Assembly (NCBI GenBank): GCA_030770535.1
Contig: JASVEC010000010.1
Location: forward strand, 1,302,001-1,366,000
Source: Batkoa obscura
Taxonomy: Eukaryota
Length of the DNA: 64,000 bases
Reading direction: 5' to 3'
This document shows, one piece after another, positions 37,076 to 50,135 of the stretch; within the stretch, counting starts at the first letter, position 1, and the number at the start of each line of letters is the position of its first letter. The translations under genes were made by a program, and so were the position numbers. The notes below the pieces were generated by a model. The model saw only the letters and a list, made by a program, of their open reading frames with translations, was not told the origin of the DNA and ran no database searches.

Positions 37076-38699
37076 TTTTTCTTTATAGCAAAAAAAATTT
37101 ACATAGTTTTTTGAAATTCTTTTCTATTTATCCTTTTTTTATCTATGCTTTATTTTCTTTTTTTATTCGAATACTAAGGATAGGAATTTTGTGATAAATT
37201 TATATTTTAAATTCTATTGTGATTTAGTATATTTGTAATAAAAGTTATCAAGTGATAGTCATTCACTTAAATGTCGTTGCTACTTTAGTAAAGCCCATGA
37301 CCTTCGTATTATTAGTTATTAAAATCTAAAGCGAAATCTCATAATTACAGTCTATCCTTTTTGGATTAGGTATACTTTCTATTTTATATTATCTATTGAG
37401 AGTTTTATAATATCTTATTTTAATTCAAACCATTTATTTTTTTATTATATCTTAAATAAATGAAACTAAATAAAATAAAATAATCAATTGAATCCTTTTA
37501 AATTTAAAACTAAAATCCTCCCTTTCGTTGCCTCATATTATTCAAATGATCGATTTAATGCTTTATCATTCACTAACTATTTCCTAGCAAAATAAAATAT
37601 CATTGTTTTTCTAGCATCTCACATGAACAATGTAAGTTACTAAAATTAACTTGTTTTTTATAGTTCTAATTATTTCTATACTTATAATAAATCAGTTTCA
37701 ATGATTGTACTAAAAAATTGTTTTATAATGACATGAGAAACCATATCTATAAATATATAGTTTGTCTTTACCATTTTATTCCCTTGGTCTCAAACTTTTA
37801 TTATAAATATTAGGGTATGACTTGTTCACTTTATTTACAAAAATTTATCAGCTAATAAGCAAATCGCTATATCTACTACCTCCTTTGGCCTTTTGAACAT
37901 CTATTTTACTTTAACTAAAATGTATTTCTAAGCCATCAATTATAGACTTTTAGAATTAAAGCTGTTAAATGTCAAGTGAAATTTTCTACCACTTCTTCCT
38001 CCTTACCTTTATCGTTATTTTGATCAGTTAGTTTACTTCTGGTATGTTTTTTATCCTTGATAATATACGCTTAAGGAGTCTACTCTTTTGTGTTTTTTTA
38101 GTAAAAAATTCACTTTTTTTGTTTTATATTTATTTTTTTATTGTTGAAAAACAATTTTGTGTTGAACAAATTATAAATACAGATGGAATGATCAACTTGT
38201 TTTAAATTTTTTAAAAATAAAGTTTAAACCAAGTTAAATTATTAAGCAATATGTACAGTTTAATAATTTAATTATTGAAATTATTGAAATGTAAATAAGA
38301 TATTAAAATTGAAATCCATTCCCTTATACTTACTTTATGTATATATTATTTAATCAAAATATCATAGTGATAATATGGCATATATTAATCTTTCAAAATC
38401 TTATATCGTTATAATCAGTGGTATAAACTGTTAAAAGTTGTGAATCTACTATCATCCAATGAATCCATTAAAACTGAAAATAATAAATTAGTATAGTTAT
38501 TATATTGTTTAAATCAATCTTAAAAAGTAATCAGCTTAAGAAAAAAGTGAATTTCATGGTTTAGTTGAATAGGTCCTATTATTTTTAGACTATAGTTGAA
38601 AATCAAACTAAAGAACTAGAATGATGAGAACAAAAATTGTACAAATACGACGAAAAACTACTATTTGTGATGAAATTGATTTTTTAGTCAAATTGGGTG

Positions 38700-39240
38700 T
38701 TATTAAATATTCAAAGTAATATAAGTAAAGCGGTTTATTCAGCGGTGCGCAAAGTATTGTTGATGTTAGCAGTCATAGTTGTACTTACAATAGTTATATT
38801 GAGTAAGCTCTACTATATTAAATCGTCAACATAACAGTTCAATGAAAATTTAGTAGATAGGATAACCCTATGCTTATAAACTGGTATTATGGTGTATGAT
38901 ATTCAGTCAAATTTCTTACCACTGTGGAATCAAACTTAAAATTATAAAGAATCTCTATTGTTTGTTTTTATCAGTCCTCAACTGTTATTCTTTCCCTTAT
39001 ACTATAGTTTCTTCAAAGCTGGTATTGGAATTAATTTACAGTTAGTATTTAAGGATATATTTTTGTGTTTAAGAATTTCACTAATGATTTTTCCACTCAA
39101 ATAGCGCTTAAAACATAGAAAAAGTAATGAAGCCAAAAAACATCCCTATTTATACATAATACCAATATAGCTAAAAGATTGAAGTTGGCTACTGAATTGG
39201 TACTTCTGTGCTTCTATTGTTAGCTATAATTTATTTACTT
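38700..39240 (+). pseudogene. GPCR pseudogene G8 (5' half), truncated by Sola copy 4
   Basis: Remnants LAVIVVLTIVIL|gtaag, LVDRITL.L*TG, YYSFFKAGIGINLQL and EVGY*IG; MITE at about 39051-39146. Confidence 0.75.
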
Positions 39241-39498
39241 AATATTAATATAATACTATTTGAAATATTTACGAGTATATGGGGTTGTCCGAATTGGTTT
39301 CAGAATTTACCCAGAAGTTAATCCAATTCTTAAATTTGTGTCTAATGTGATGGTTAAATCTGAAAAGCCTAAATTAAATCTCTTTATTCAAAACTTATTT
39401 TAATTGTTTCCTTTTTTTTAATAGCTAATTTTCCTAATTATATATTTTATGTTCTTTATGTTAGATATTTAGTAGATATATAATATATAACTATATGG

Positions 39499-39962
39499 TG
39501 TGAAATCTAGTACTCTGGGTTTGGAGTCAAGAGCAGCTATTGCTGGGTTTACTACACTATAAGTCGAAAGGTCTTAGTTTATGTGACTAAGATAGACTTG
39601 GATTATGAGGAATAGCACGTAATAAGTTACAAGCTATATAAGACAAATAGAATAGACAATACTAATGTAAAATCTATATAAAATACTATTAAGTAAACTT
39701 AGTGGCTTTATTAAATGTTCGAGATATCAGGGAATAACTCAGTTAAAAAGCTTCGAACTACTATACTCTGTAAACTCTTTTATACTCTGAAAAGTATAAA
39801 TATCAAAATGAGGAGATAATATTCTTTGGGATGGAGCTAGAAATTCTCATAGCAAATCAAAATAAGAACGTGGGGCTGATTTTCTCTAAACTCGAGAACA
39901 CGACAGCTTAGGGGATTGTTATGCTATAACTAACCATGGGACTGACAAAGCGATATTTCACA
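39499..39962 (-). mobile_element. Solo-LTR-like element (family L, full length 464 bp)
   Basis: TGTGAAAT...ATTTCACA with perfect 4-bp TSD ATGG; TATAAAA then AATAAA on the minus strand. Confidence 0.9.
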
Positions 39963-40024
39963 ATGGTTATATAATTATATAAATCCAGTTATTTGACTTT
40001 ATTTTTTTTTGAAATAAAAATAAA

Positions 40025-41728
40025 ATGCAAACTTTCATAACTAAACTTCGAAATGGAATTTTTGAAAATTTCAATACAATAGGGAGGAGTACACAATATA
40101 AACATTGTAATTCATTTACATCAATTTTAAGAGCTACTTATAACAACCCAAGGTTCATGGAATTTTATAATAAAACAAAACAAAGAAAAGATATATTATC
40201 AAAGTTTACTATCGATAACAATAAACTTAATCAACCAATGTATAAAATTAGTGCTTTAAGGGAAACAGGAAACAAAAATCAACAAGTAGCGTTATTATCA
40301 ACTATAGCTTCAGTATATTCTTTTGATGAATGTAAGAGTTTTGGGTTTAATATAAATAGAAATCAATATGATTATTCAAAAACAAGTAATAATAATGAAA
40401 TATCAACATTACAGCCTATTATTAAAAATACAAAAAAAATTAAAGATGACCAAATTGAAACTATCATACAATATTTACTAAATGATTCAACTATTTCATC
40501 AAGATTTAATAAAAAAAATAACGATAGTAAATATTCATCAGATAATATATATATATTAAATAAAAGTAGAAGAATGATATATAGTAAATATTTGAATGAT
40601 CTAAGAGATAAAGCAGTAGCCAGGTCAACGTTCTTTAAATATATACCAAGTAATTTCAAAAATCCAGCAAGAAAAACGGATCTATGTAATATATGTACCC
40701 AGTATACAGTTAGAAAAAAGTTATTTGAAAATAAAATAAATACAGCAAAAAACAAAGCAGAGATAGAAGAAATTTTCAACAAAGAAGAAAAATTATACAA
40801 ATTACATAAATTCTGTGTTGATACTCAAAAAAACACATTTAATGAAACTATTAAAAAATTAAATAACAAAAGTTGTATAATAGTTTTAGATTTTAAACAA
40901 AACATGGAAATAGGAACAAGACCAGATTCAATAAATCTAGATCATTATAATAAACAAGCTATATCAGTATTAGGCTTTGGTGTATTATATTTAAAAGATG
41001 ATAAAACAATAGGCAAAGTTTATTTTGATTATTTGTCTAAAATATTCAATCATGATTCAGCATATGCAGGAGATTGTTTAATCAGTTTGATCTCTACAGA
41101 GCTTCTATTTAAAAAGTTTACAAAAATTAATATATGGGCAGATACAGGAAATCATTTTAGATCCCAGGAGTTTCTACACTATGTGTTTAAACAAATTCAT
41201 AAAATAAATAGTAGTTTGAATGTTAATCTTAATTTTTTTGCTGAGCATCATGGAAAAAGTATAGTTGATGGACATTTTGGAAACCTTTCAAAATGGAAAA
41301 GTAGTTTTGAAGGGTTAGGTAAAATAGAAGATATCGATCAATTAATCTCAAGATTTGAGGCTTTTATTTGCGAGCATAATAAAATTAATAACTCGACTAT
41401 TAATAATGGGAAAACAGATATAATTTTTAAAAAGTATAAAAGAAACAAAAATACAAAAAGAATAATAGAGATGCAGGGCATTAAGAAGTATTTACATTTT
41501 ATTAAACATAACAATAAACTACATTGTTATCCAGTATCTGATACATCAAAAAAAAGCGATATAGTTCCAATTAGAGTTATAGAGTCTATAGAAAACAGAA
41601 AAATTAAAAGATCGATCCCAGCTTACCTTACGAAGATAACAGAGAATTTCAAAATTTCGATATTTACTAAGCAAGTAAGTAGTTTGTTGAATGATAGAAA
41701 TAGATTGCTAAATGTTAAGATTACTTAA
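40025..41728 (+). CDS. DDD transposase, Sola2-like (567 aa)
   Basis: Intact ORF with all three catalytic-Asp motifs. Confidence 0.85.
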   Translation: MQTFITKLRNGIFENFNTIGRSTQYKHCNSFTSILRATYNNPRFMEFYNKTKQRKDILSKFTIDNNKLNQPMYKISALRETGNKNQQVALLSTIASVYSFDECKSFGFNINRNQYDYSKTSNNNEISTLQPIIKNTKKIKDDQIETIIQYLLNDSTISSRFNKKNNDSKYSSDNIYILNKSRRMIYSKYLNDLRDKAVARSTFFKYIPSNFKNPARKTDLCNICTQYTVRKKLFENKINTAKNKAEIEEIFNKEEKLYKLHKFCVDTQKNTFNETIKKLNNKSCIIVLDFKQNMEIGTRPDSINLDHYNKQAISVLGFGVLYLKDDKTIGKVYFDYLSKIFNHDSAYAGDCLISLISTELLFKKFTKINIWADTGNHFRSQEFLHYVFKQIHKINSSLNVNLNFFAEHHGKSIVDGHFGNLSKWKSSFEGLGKIEDIDQLISRFEAFICEHNKINNSTINNGKTDIIFKKYKRNKNTKRIIEMQGIKKYLHFIKHNNKLHCYPVSDTSKKSDIVPIRVIESIENRKIKRSIPAYLTKITENFKISIFTKQVSSLLNDRNRLLNVKIT

Positions 41729-42325
41729 GTTATTAATAGCTAAGTTAACAAATAGTCAAAGAACAAGTAACTGTAATAACGTGTAAAAACTATTATTACT
41801 TGTACTATATAGGGATGGTTAGTTATAGTTTTGGGGCTGAACACTCCCTCCCATACAGCTATTTACTAACTTGGCAATATATTAATAATGTACTTATAAC
41901 ATTAAAATAGTTTATTTATTTGATAACAAATCTACAATGTTGGTTATTAAGCAGTCAATGATAAATGTTTTTCAAAAAAGTTTTATAAGAGTATGTATTT
42001 AAGATCTAGTAGAAATTCAAGTAACTTACAGTATGAGCTATAATAGAATGATTTAGAACTGTGTTTGGGTACTTTTGTTTTAATAAAAGATGTGATTTTA
42101 TAGAATTTTAAGTGAAGTTTTTAAAATACAAAATTTTTGAAAAATTGGATAAAATAATGAAACTAATTCAGACAATCCCATTTAATAGTTTAAATCGCTT
42201 CATGTTTTCATTATTTATTCAAAGTTTTAAAAAAGTACAAATATTCCATCCAATTACTTAATAATGTAGTTAAGTTGTTGAAATTTATGTTACTTAGATA
42301 CTAAGGATGATAGTAAAAGTTCAAA

Positions 42326-43141
42326 CTAATAACTAGGTGGGATATCTTGGACATAGTTACTTGTCAAACCAAGTTTAAGTTGATTAGCTCGTCGATAAAG
42401 GAATGGTTGATTTCCAACATTATACTTAATTAGGGTACCTTTAGTACTATATATTGTAGGGTACATTGTATTGGCTTGGAATTGGTAATAACACAGATCA
42501 TTGCCATTGTAAGTAAATGTTACTTCATTTGACACTAAATCATAGAAACATCCTATAATATCACCCTTTTTAAGAGTATGAACGAAAGTGCTTGGATATT
42601 GTTTTTCATTTACATTTACACCATATATTTTATTATTTAACAAAATATGAGATTCTACAATGAATTAACAAATTTGTAAAACTAATACTAGAAATATTAA
42701 CTTACCATGAATTTCAGAAGTACTTTTATCTGCATACCCAAACAATAATTCAAAGTTACCAGTGAAATCAACTAGCTTGATCTCATAATAGAGGGACTCT
42801 GGATTTAATTTTTGATATTTTGCTTGCATAATGCAATCATTGTTAAAGAATACATGATACTTTTTTTCACTAATTTTATGCTGTTCTTCAGTACCAACGC
42901 TAAATTTATGGCCTTTTGTAATTGAAATATTCTCTAGTATTGCTGAAGTTGGATCGATTGAAACGTTATTTTCTCCAAGTTGTGCATTTCTATCCATGCT
43001 TATAGACCTATTTCCAACCTCGGTCCTGGCGCTTATTTTATTAGAATCATCATCAGAAGCAACATGATAGCGCTTATATATGTAAGGCAATAAGGCAAAT
43101 AATAAAAGGCAAAAGCCTCCGATTACAATGTAGGCAATCAT
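42326..43141 (-). CDS. Ssh4/Ear1-like single-TM SPRY-domain protein with a C-terminal PPxY motif
   Basis: N-terminal TM; LYYEIKL, GDIIGCFYD...VTFTYNG and MYPTI...YNVGNQPFLY SPRY motifs; ends IPPSY*. One intron at about 42655-42705. Confidence 0.75.
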
Positions 43142-43422
43142 TTTTTTTAGAGTTAATCTTATATCTTTTTATACCTTGTAATTCTACTTTAGTAAGTTAA
43201 TACTATATCTCATCACTTCTATCAATGATTGAAGACTTTAAAATAGCATTATAAATACTATCGTTCCTTAAGCTATTGTCTAATAAGTTATATAAATTTT
43301 GAAATTCTATTTATAGCTCTTTTTTTAAAATTAGATTTAATTACTATTTTTATAACTTTGAAGCCTCATGTGGATAAAGGAATCATTTCAATAGTTTACA
43401 TAGTGAGTGTAATTGAAAATAT

Positions 43423-43521
43423 GGAGATGTTTTTTTTTGGTTTTATTACTTTTTTCATCTTTTAAGCCCTATTTGAGTGGAAAAATTGTTAGTAAAATTC
43501 TTAAATCAAAAATACATCCCC
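43423..43521 (+). mobile_element. About 100-bp Sola-type MITE
   Basis: TSD ATAT; consensus termini. Confidence 0.85.
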
Positions 43522-44393
43522 ATATTCAAATTCAATTAAAGTAACATGTAAGCATATAACACAGATGAGTAATAATAAATATACTTTTATGTAAAATTTT
43601 ATAAAGATTTAATATTGGTTTAGTTGGGTTTTTATAGGATTTGTTGATAGGTTTCTTAATTACAAAGTTGATATAAAATAGAAGGGTTTAGTTACTTGTT
43701 TGGAAAAGTTAGACTAATAATACCATTTAACTTATAATTTGTGTATGGTCTTTTGTTCAATCGTACATTTGTAGCTGTATGAAGCATAAATATGTAGTCC
43801 ATTTTTTAAATTTAGTGTAAAACCATCATGTCAACGAAGTTCTTGACTATATACAAACTATTTTATTAAGCATAATTAGACAATTTATTTGAACTCTAAA
43901 ATGGCATTATAAGTACAATATGTAACAGTACAAACATAAAAGCAAAATGATTTATTGATGCGACATTAATATGCATAGTTACAATATATTAACTAATAAT
44001 TATTTAAAATATTGAAAAGGAATATTATAGCGTCCAGGCCATATGTTTCGCAGCACAAATATATAGTGATATATAAATTTTTTAGCAGCAGAGTTTCAAA
44101 GTTTACCTTACTATTTGAATTTGTCCATAGTGTTAACAGCTTATTTGAGAAAATCCTACTATCTAATACCAATTTGTGTGTTACTTGGTAGTGAGGTTCT
44201 AGAGTAGACAAACTTTGAATTTAGAATTATCATAGATCAAACAATAATTTCTTGTACTAATAACTTGGATTTATTAGAGCATTCCTATTCTATGAAAAAT
44301 GAAAAATGTGGTGAAGAATATTTACAACTTAGTAAGAAAAATATTGTTGATTATTCAAAATTGATTGCTTTATTTGAACATTTTTTAGAATAT

Positions 44394-44491
44394 GGGGATG
44401 TATTTTTGTGCCTAATGATTTTATTAATGATTTTTCCATCCAAATAGCACTTAAAAGATGGAAAAGTAATGAAACCAAAGAAAATATCCTC
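44394..44491 (-). mobile_element. About 100-bp Sola-type MITE
   Basis: TSD ATAT; consensus termini. Confidence 0.85.
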
Positions 44492-45391
44492 ATATAATAT
44501 ATTGTAATTAACACCTTGCAACAACCTTTATAAAAAGGACTCTCATATCCAAGTAAAGTCACTTTAAATCATTCTGATATTTAACAAAACAAATTTGTTG
44601 ATATTCTTAATACTTTTTAGCGATATTGAGCTATAAAAGCTATGAATCATAAATTCTGTTTTCCTATATTAAAAACATTGCATACTGAATGGATACATGG
44701 AACAAAGAATCAAAAATATATAAAGCATGATTATAGATTTACAAAAATTTGAAAAACGTGATCAAATATGATGTAGGTTTTAACTAAGTTATTTAATATT
44801 CTGTTCTTTAAAAACTTGAAATTAATAATCTTTCAAGTATTTCTAAAAATACTCCTTTATTTTTTACAGCGTTGACAGCCAAAAAAGCATGATTCTATAT
44901 ACATGATAACATGCTTATATTAGGAATGTTTTTTGGTTTCATTGTTTTTTCCATCTTTTGAGCACTATTTAGTGGAAAAATTGTTAGTAAATTCTTAAAC
45001 ACAAAAATACATCCCCATTATTAGATTTGTATATTATTGCTATTTAAATTTTGATTTGATTACAAAAATTTTAAGAGATTGATAAATGAAATATTCGATA
45101 GTTACATATCTTGATCGTACTCTAAAATTAACATGCTCCTGTTATACAAATACTTTATAAAACTTATAAACAATAATGTCTTAATATAATCGAAAACAAT
45201 CAAATAAATAGTGACCAATTTTTTGCTTTGATACATATTTTTTTAGTGAATAAAGCCGTTCATATATTTTATAGAGAAGCTTAGTTAATAATTTAAGTAC
45301 AAATAAATCAAAAAATAAGATTATCATTGTTATGAAATATAAAAATGATTAACCAAATGATTAATATTTGATTTAAACTTATAATATAAAA

Positions 45392-46622
45392 CTATAAACT
45401 TTTAATAAAATTGGAAAAATGAAATGAAATAGGTCTCTCAGCTTCATTCTTGGCATTTTCACTTACTACATTTGTAAATGTGGTCAATTCAAACTCATTA
45501 TTACAATCTATTTAAAGTCAATAAGTTATTTAGTTAAAACGGAACCAACTTACCTATTTCATTAGGTTGTTTTATAGTAATCTCTTGGTTTTTTATAATT
45601 TTGTTGTATATAACCTTAAGCGCATGGTGTACAGTTGGATCAAGAAAAAATGCAGTGCAATTAAGGCTTCCAAGTAGCCCAATAGTAATATATCCAAAAG
45701 CATCAGCCTCTAATGAGGCAAAGCCGGTGAGATCGTATATTGCTTTTGTCAACACAAGCCCAGAATGGCTAAATATCATGATTATAGGATATAATACACT
45801 AAAGTTTATTTAATAAATAATATAAATATATATAATATAAAATCTTACATCCTTGAGGCAAATAACTTGATATTTTTAATACTTTTTTTTGGTCGATTGT
45901 CATCCATCATTTCTCTTTGTTCACTCATCAAATTGACTCCACGATATAGTCTAAATCCAACTAGTATTACTATAATCAATAAATATATCATGCAAAAAAT
46001 CATAACCAAAACATTAGTATAAAAATGAAGCATTCTGGTATATTTTTCATCTTCCATTGCAATATAACATCTATTGAACTTATTATATCCAAACAGTCCC
46101 ATAGCTATATAGATTATATTAGTATAAATTTATAAGTACATAAGATATTAATATACCGAGTGGTGGAATAGTAATTATTAGAGTAAGTAAAATGGATCCA
46201 ATCCAGTAAGCTGCTTCAATTTTATTTGTCGTTTTAACTCCATGTATAAAAACTAATTGTAAATTGATTCCAATAGCAACATTAAGAAAGCAGTAGAATA
46301 AGGGAAAAGCTACACCTTGATAGCCAATAAAAGTACACAAAGGAGATCCTTCATAATTAAACTGACGAGACCAAAATGGAATACAATGCAACCAAATATC
46401 ATAAGATGAAATCGCAGTTTGCAACCTAAGAGTTACTCTATCAACTAACTTATAGTCAATTATTGCTAATTGTTTTAATATGCTTTAATCTAAATAATAA
46501 CAGGAATTACATATTACTATCATTGTTAACACTACTACTGAAGCCGAAGTAAGTGATATTTTTGACATTATTGGATAAACTTGGTATTTAATTATATAGT
46601 GTATGTCATCAATAGTCCCCAT
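45392..46622 (-). CDS. 7-TM GPCR-like receptor G9 (type-A-like)
   Basis: ATG at 46622 (MGTIDDIHY...), five exons, ends FSNFIKSL*. Confidence 0.85.
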
Positions 46623-47398
46623 ATTATCGAATAAATCAAAAGTAGATTGTCGAGTTGTGCTCTTTATATACTCTTATACACAAAGATTGATACCTTTTAA
46701 TATACTTGTTTATTTGATTACATTTTTTATTAAACTAGCTTATTAAAAGTTCCAGTTGTGTCACTTGACAAAATCCTGTTCCATTTAAATATACTTGTTC
46801 TGAGAGAATATTCGATGATTTAGAAAAAAGAAAAGATCAGGTTAAAGATATACATAAGATGAAGCTTTGCAAATAATACCTGAAAGATAAAAAGAACAGG
46901 CTGCTGATATCTAACTATTATAGAATCAAAACACTGAAGTAGAAGTATGTTTACCAAAATGTCATACTAAAACTGCTTATTCTAGGTACAGAGTATAGAC
47001 TGAAAATAGACTGCTAGTAGTTTTGAAATTAGGTTGATAGATTGCGTTTGTTTTTTAGATTTATTTAAACCTATGGCGCCATTTTTTTGGTTTTGATCCT
47101 TTTTAAAAAATCTCAAAATGTAAATAGATGAGAGATGGTATAGCAGTAAATACTACTCATCTTCATCCAAAGCCCAAAGCTCAAATCTTGAACAGGTCAA
47201 AGAAATGCGTACAATCTCCCAAAGGAGGAAGTATGCCTTCATAAAGTAGTGAAAAGTCCAACTTCCACATTACAGTATTTCTATATCTCATAAATCTTCA
47301 AGCAGAATCTAAGCTATTAAATAATCTAAGTTAATATTGACAGTAAAAAAGCTCAATCTTCTATTATCTAAAGTTAAGTAATTTGTTTATACTTATCC

Positions 47399-48465
47399 TT
47401 ATACAAAGCTATTCGTAATATCTGTGCTATCACAAGGTCTTGTATTAACGAACCTTAAATAGATTTCCTTAACTGCTGAATGTATAGTAGGATCACAACA
47501 AAAAGCGATAAAATTAAGTGTTCCTAGCATTCCTAAAGTAATATAAGTAAAAGCATCTAAACCGAGAAAGTCAGCACCACTTAGATCATAGATCGTTTTG
47601 CCTAATGCTAGACCAATATGAGTGAATATCATGATTATCGGGTATAATAAACTAAACTTCTTTTAGTAAGTTACGCATGATGTTATAAGACCTTACATTC
47701 TAGAAGCAAGCAGCTTAATGTGTTTGATACTTTCAAGTAATCGGCTATTATCCGTTGCCAGTTTTTGCTCTTCTGTTATAGTTAATCCACGATATAATTT
47801 TATCAATACTAAAATCACAACGATTAACAAATAAGCCATACAAACAAACATAACTAAAGGGTTGGTAAAGAAATGAAATGTTCTAGCAAAAGCTTCATCG
47901 TCTGTTTTAAGATAACATCCATTGAAATCACTATATCCAAACAGTCCCATAGCTATATAGATTATATTAGTATAAATTTATAAGTACATAAGAGATTAAT
48001 ATACCAAGTGGTGGAATAGTAATTATTAGAGTAAGTAAAATGGATCCAATCCAGTAAGCTGCTTCAATTTTATTTGTCGTTTTAACTCCATGTATAAAAA
48101 CTAATTGTAAATTGATTCCAATACAAAGGTTAAGAAAGCAATAAAGTAAAGGAAAAGCCACACCTTGGTAGCCAATAAAAGGGCATAATGTTGATTCGGG
48201 AGTAGCATATACGCGAGCCCAAAGTGGGACAGAATGTAACCAGATATCATAGCATGAAATAGCAGTTTGTAACCTAAGAATCACCCCATTGGCTAATTCA
48301 AAATCGTATATCACTATTTCTTCTAAACCTATTTTAAGTTAAATGGTGTTGTAGATCGCATAAAACTATCATTGCCAGTGCCACTATTGAAGCAAAAGTA
48401 ATTGAAATTTTCAATATTACTGAGTATACTTCTCTGATATATCCTGAAATGAGATCCTTATTCAT
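47399..48465 (-). CDS. 7-TM GPCR-like receptor G10, possibly defective
   Basis: ATG at 48465; seven TMs present. The intron 1 donor reads GC and the intron 4 donor appears lost, so the C-tail is uncertain. Confidence 0.6.
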
Positions 48466-49092
48466 GTTTTAAGCCAAATTGAATCTTAAGACTACTTTAT
48501 ATATATAGTTTCGATTTGTTTCATTATGTCCTTTATATACTTGTTTTCCAATTCAATTTTTTTAAATCCTGTTTAAACGATTATATTAACATTCATGTTA
48601 TATTTAAAAAACTTAATGGTATCATAAAAATAAATCAAATGTAGTTGAACACTTTTTAGCATTGACTAAATTCAATCATAACAATTTCTATTTTTGTGCT
48701 CAGCAAAAAATTGAAAATGCCCAATCTGCATTCAAACTAGACGACCAATAACAATATTTGAAGATGGATTTCTGTATTTAAGAATTTTACCAACAATTTT
48801 TCATTCAAGTAGTACTTAAAAGATGAAAAAAGTAATGAAAAAAAAACATCCCTATCTTCTTTACAACTCTAATAAATAAAATTATAGTTAAAATGTGATC
48901 CAAAATCTTAAAATGATAAACTGGTTATTATCAACTGAGCTAGTTGGAACAAAAATGATAAAAATTGAATATGGTTTATTAAATAAATATTGCTATTTTT
49001 GTGTTTATTACTAAAAAAACTGAAGGATAAAAAATGCAGATATAAGTATATAAATAGAATCAATATTATCTCAAAAGAATTTTTTAATTAAT

Positions 49093-50135
49093 ATGAATGT
49101 AACTGAATATGCAAAATATATAGCTAAAGAAGTTTTCCCAGTAATGTCAAAAGTATCTTTAGTATTGGCTGTCGTAGTTATGCTTACTATGGTTACATTA
49201 AGTAAGTTTTATAAACTATCTATTAATTAATATAATATTTCAATATAAAAATAGCAATATATGATTATAAGCTAGTCGATAGAGTAACTCTCAGGTTGCA
49301 AACTGGTGTCATAATATATGATATTTGGTTCCATTCTTTACCGTTATGGTTGGATCTATATAATTATAGAGGATCTCCATTATGCACATTCATAGGTTTT
49401 CAGCTATCATTCTTTCCTTTGTATTATAGCTTCCTTAACGCCGCTATTGGGATTAATTTTCAACTAATTTTTTTGCATGGTGTTACTATAACGAAAAAAA
49501 TTGAACTTGGGTATTGGATTGGTACTCTTTTACTCACTTTATTAATTACGCTTCCACCGCTTGGTATTACTTTAGCTTAATTTAATCCCAACTTTAGATT
49601 AATACGATATTATTTAGCAACAGGATTTTTTGGATATGGTAGCTACAAAAAATGTTTTGTTACGATCAATAATGAAAATTATGCTAAAATGTTTGATTTT
49701 TTCACAAATGCTTTTGTTATAATGATTTGTATGGCTTATTTATTATTAGTTGTGGTGTTCGTCGTTATGAAGCTGCTTAAAGGGCTAAATTTTAAAAAAG
49801 AGAGGAAAATAGCTATAGATGCCAATAGATCAACCAGAGGTATCAGGAGTATAAAGTTGCTTACTTCAAGAATGTAAGGTATTTTATAAATATATGTTAT
49901 CATATTAATGTGAGCTCTTAGCATATTATATCCTACTATTATGATCATTTCCCACATTGGATTAGTAATAAATCAAATAGTAATTTATTTTACCGATATT
50001 GATTCTCACGAATTAGAGGTTATATCGCATGCCGTAGGTGGATTGTTGGGAACTCTTAATTTTATTGCATTTTTCTGTGATCCAACCATTCACCATGCAC
50101 TCAAAGTAATATATTCTAGAGTTATAGAAAAGTAG
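49093..50135 (+). CDS. 7-TM GPCR-like receptor G11, C-tail truncated
   Basis: ATG at 49093 and all 7 TMs open. TAG at 50133-50135 directly after helix 8; a frameshifted relic last exon (...FTKSL*) extends to about 50328. Confidence 0.65.

Larger units (their letters stand above)
39281..42179 (+). mobile_element. Sola2-like transposon, copy 4, with a solo LTR in the 5' UTR
   Basis: TIRs GGGGTTGTCCGAATTGGTTTCA / ...TGAAACTAATTCAGACAATCCC; flanks ATAT / ATTT. Confidence 0.85.

Noticed and set aside
33483..43141. VPS28 plus an Ssh4-like Rsp5 adaptor as a co-clustered GPCR down-regulation module
   Set aside because: Functionally suggestive, but both are ordinary housekeeping genes and proximity alone is not evidence without synteny or co-expression.
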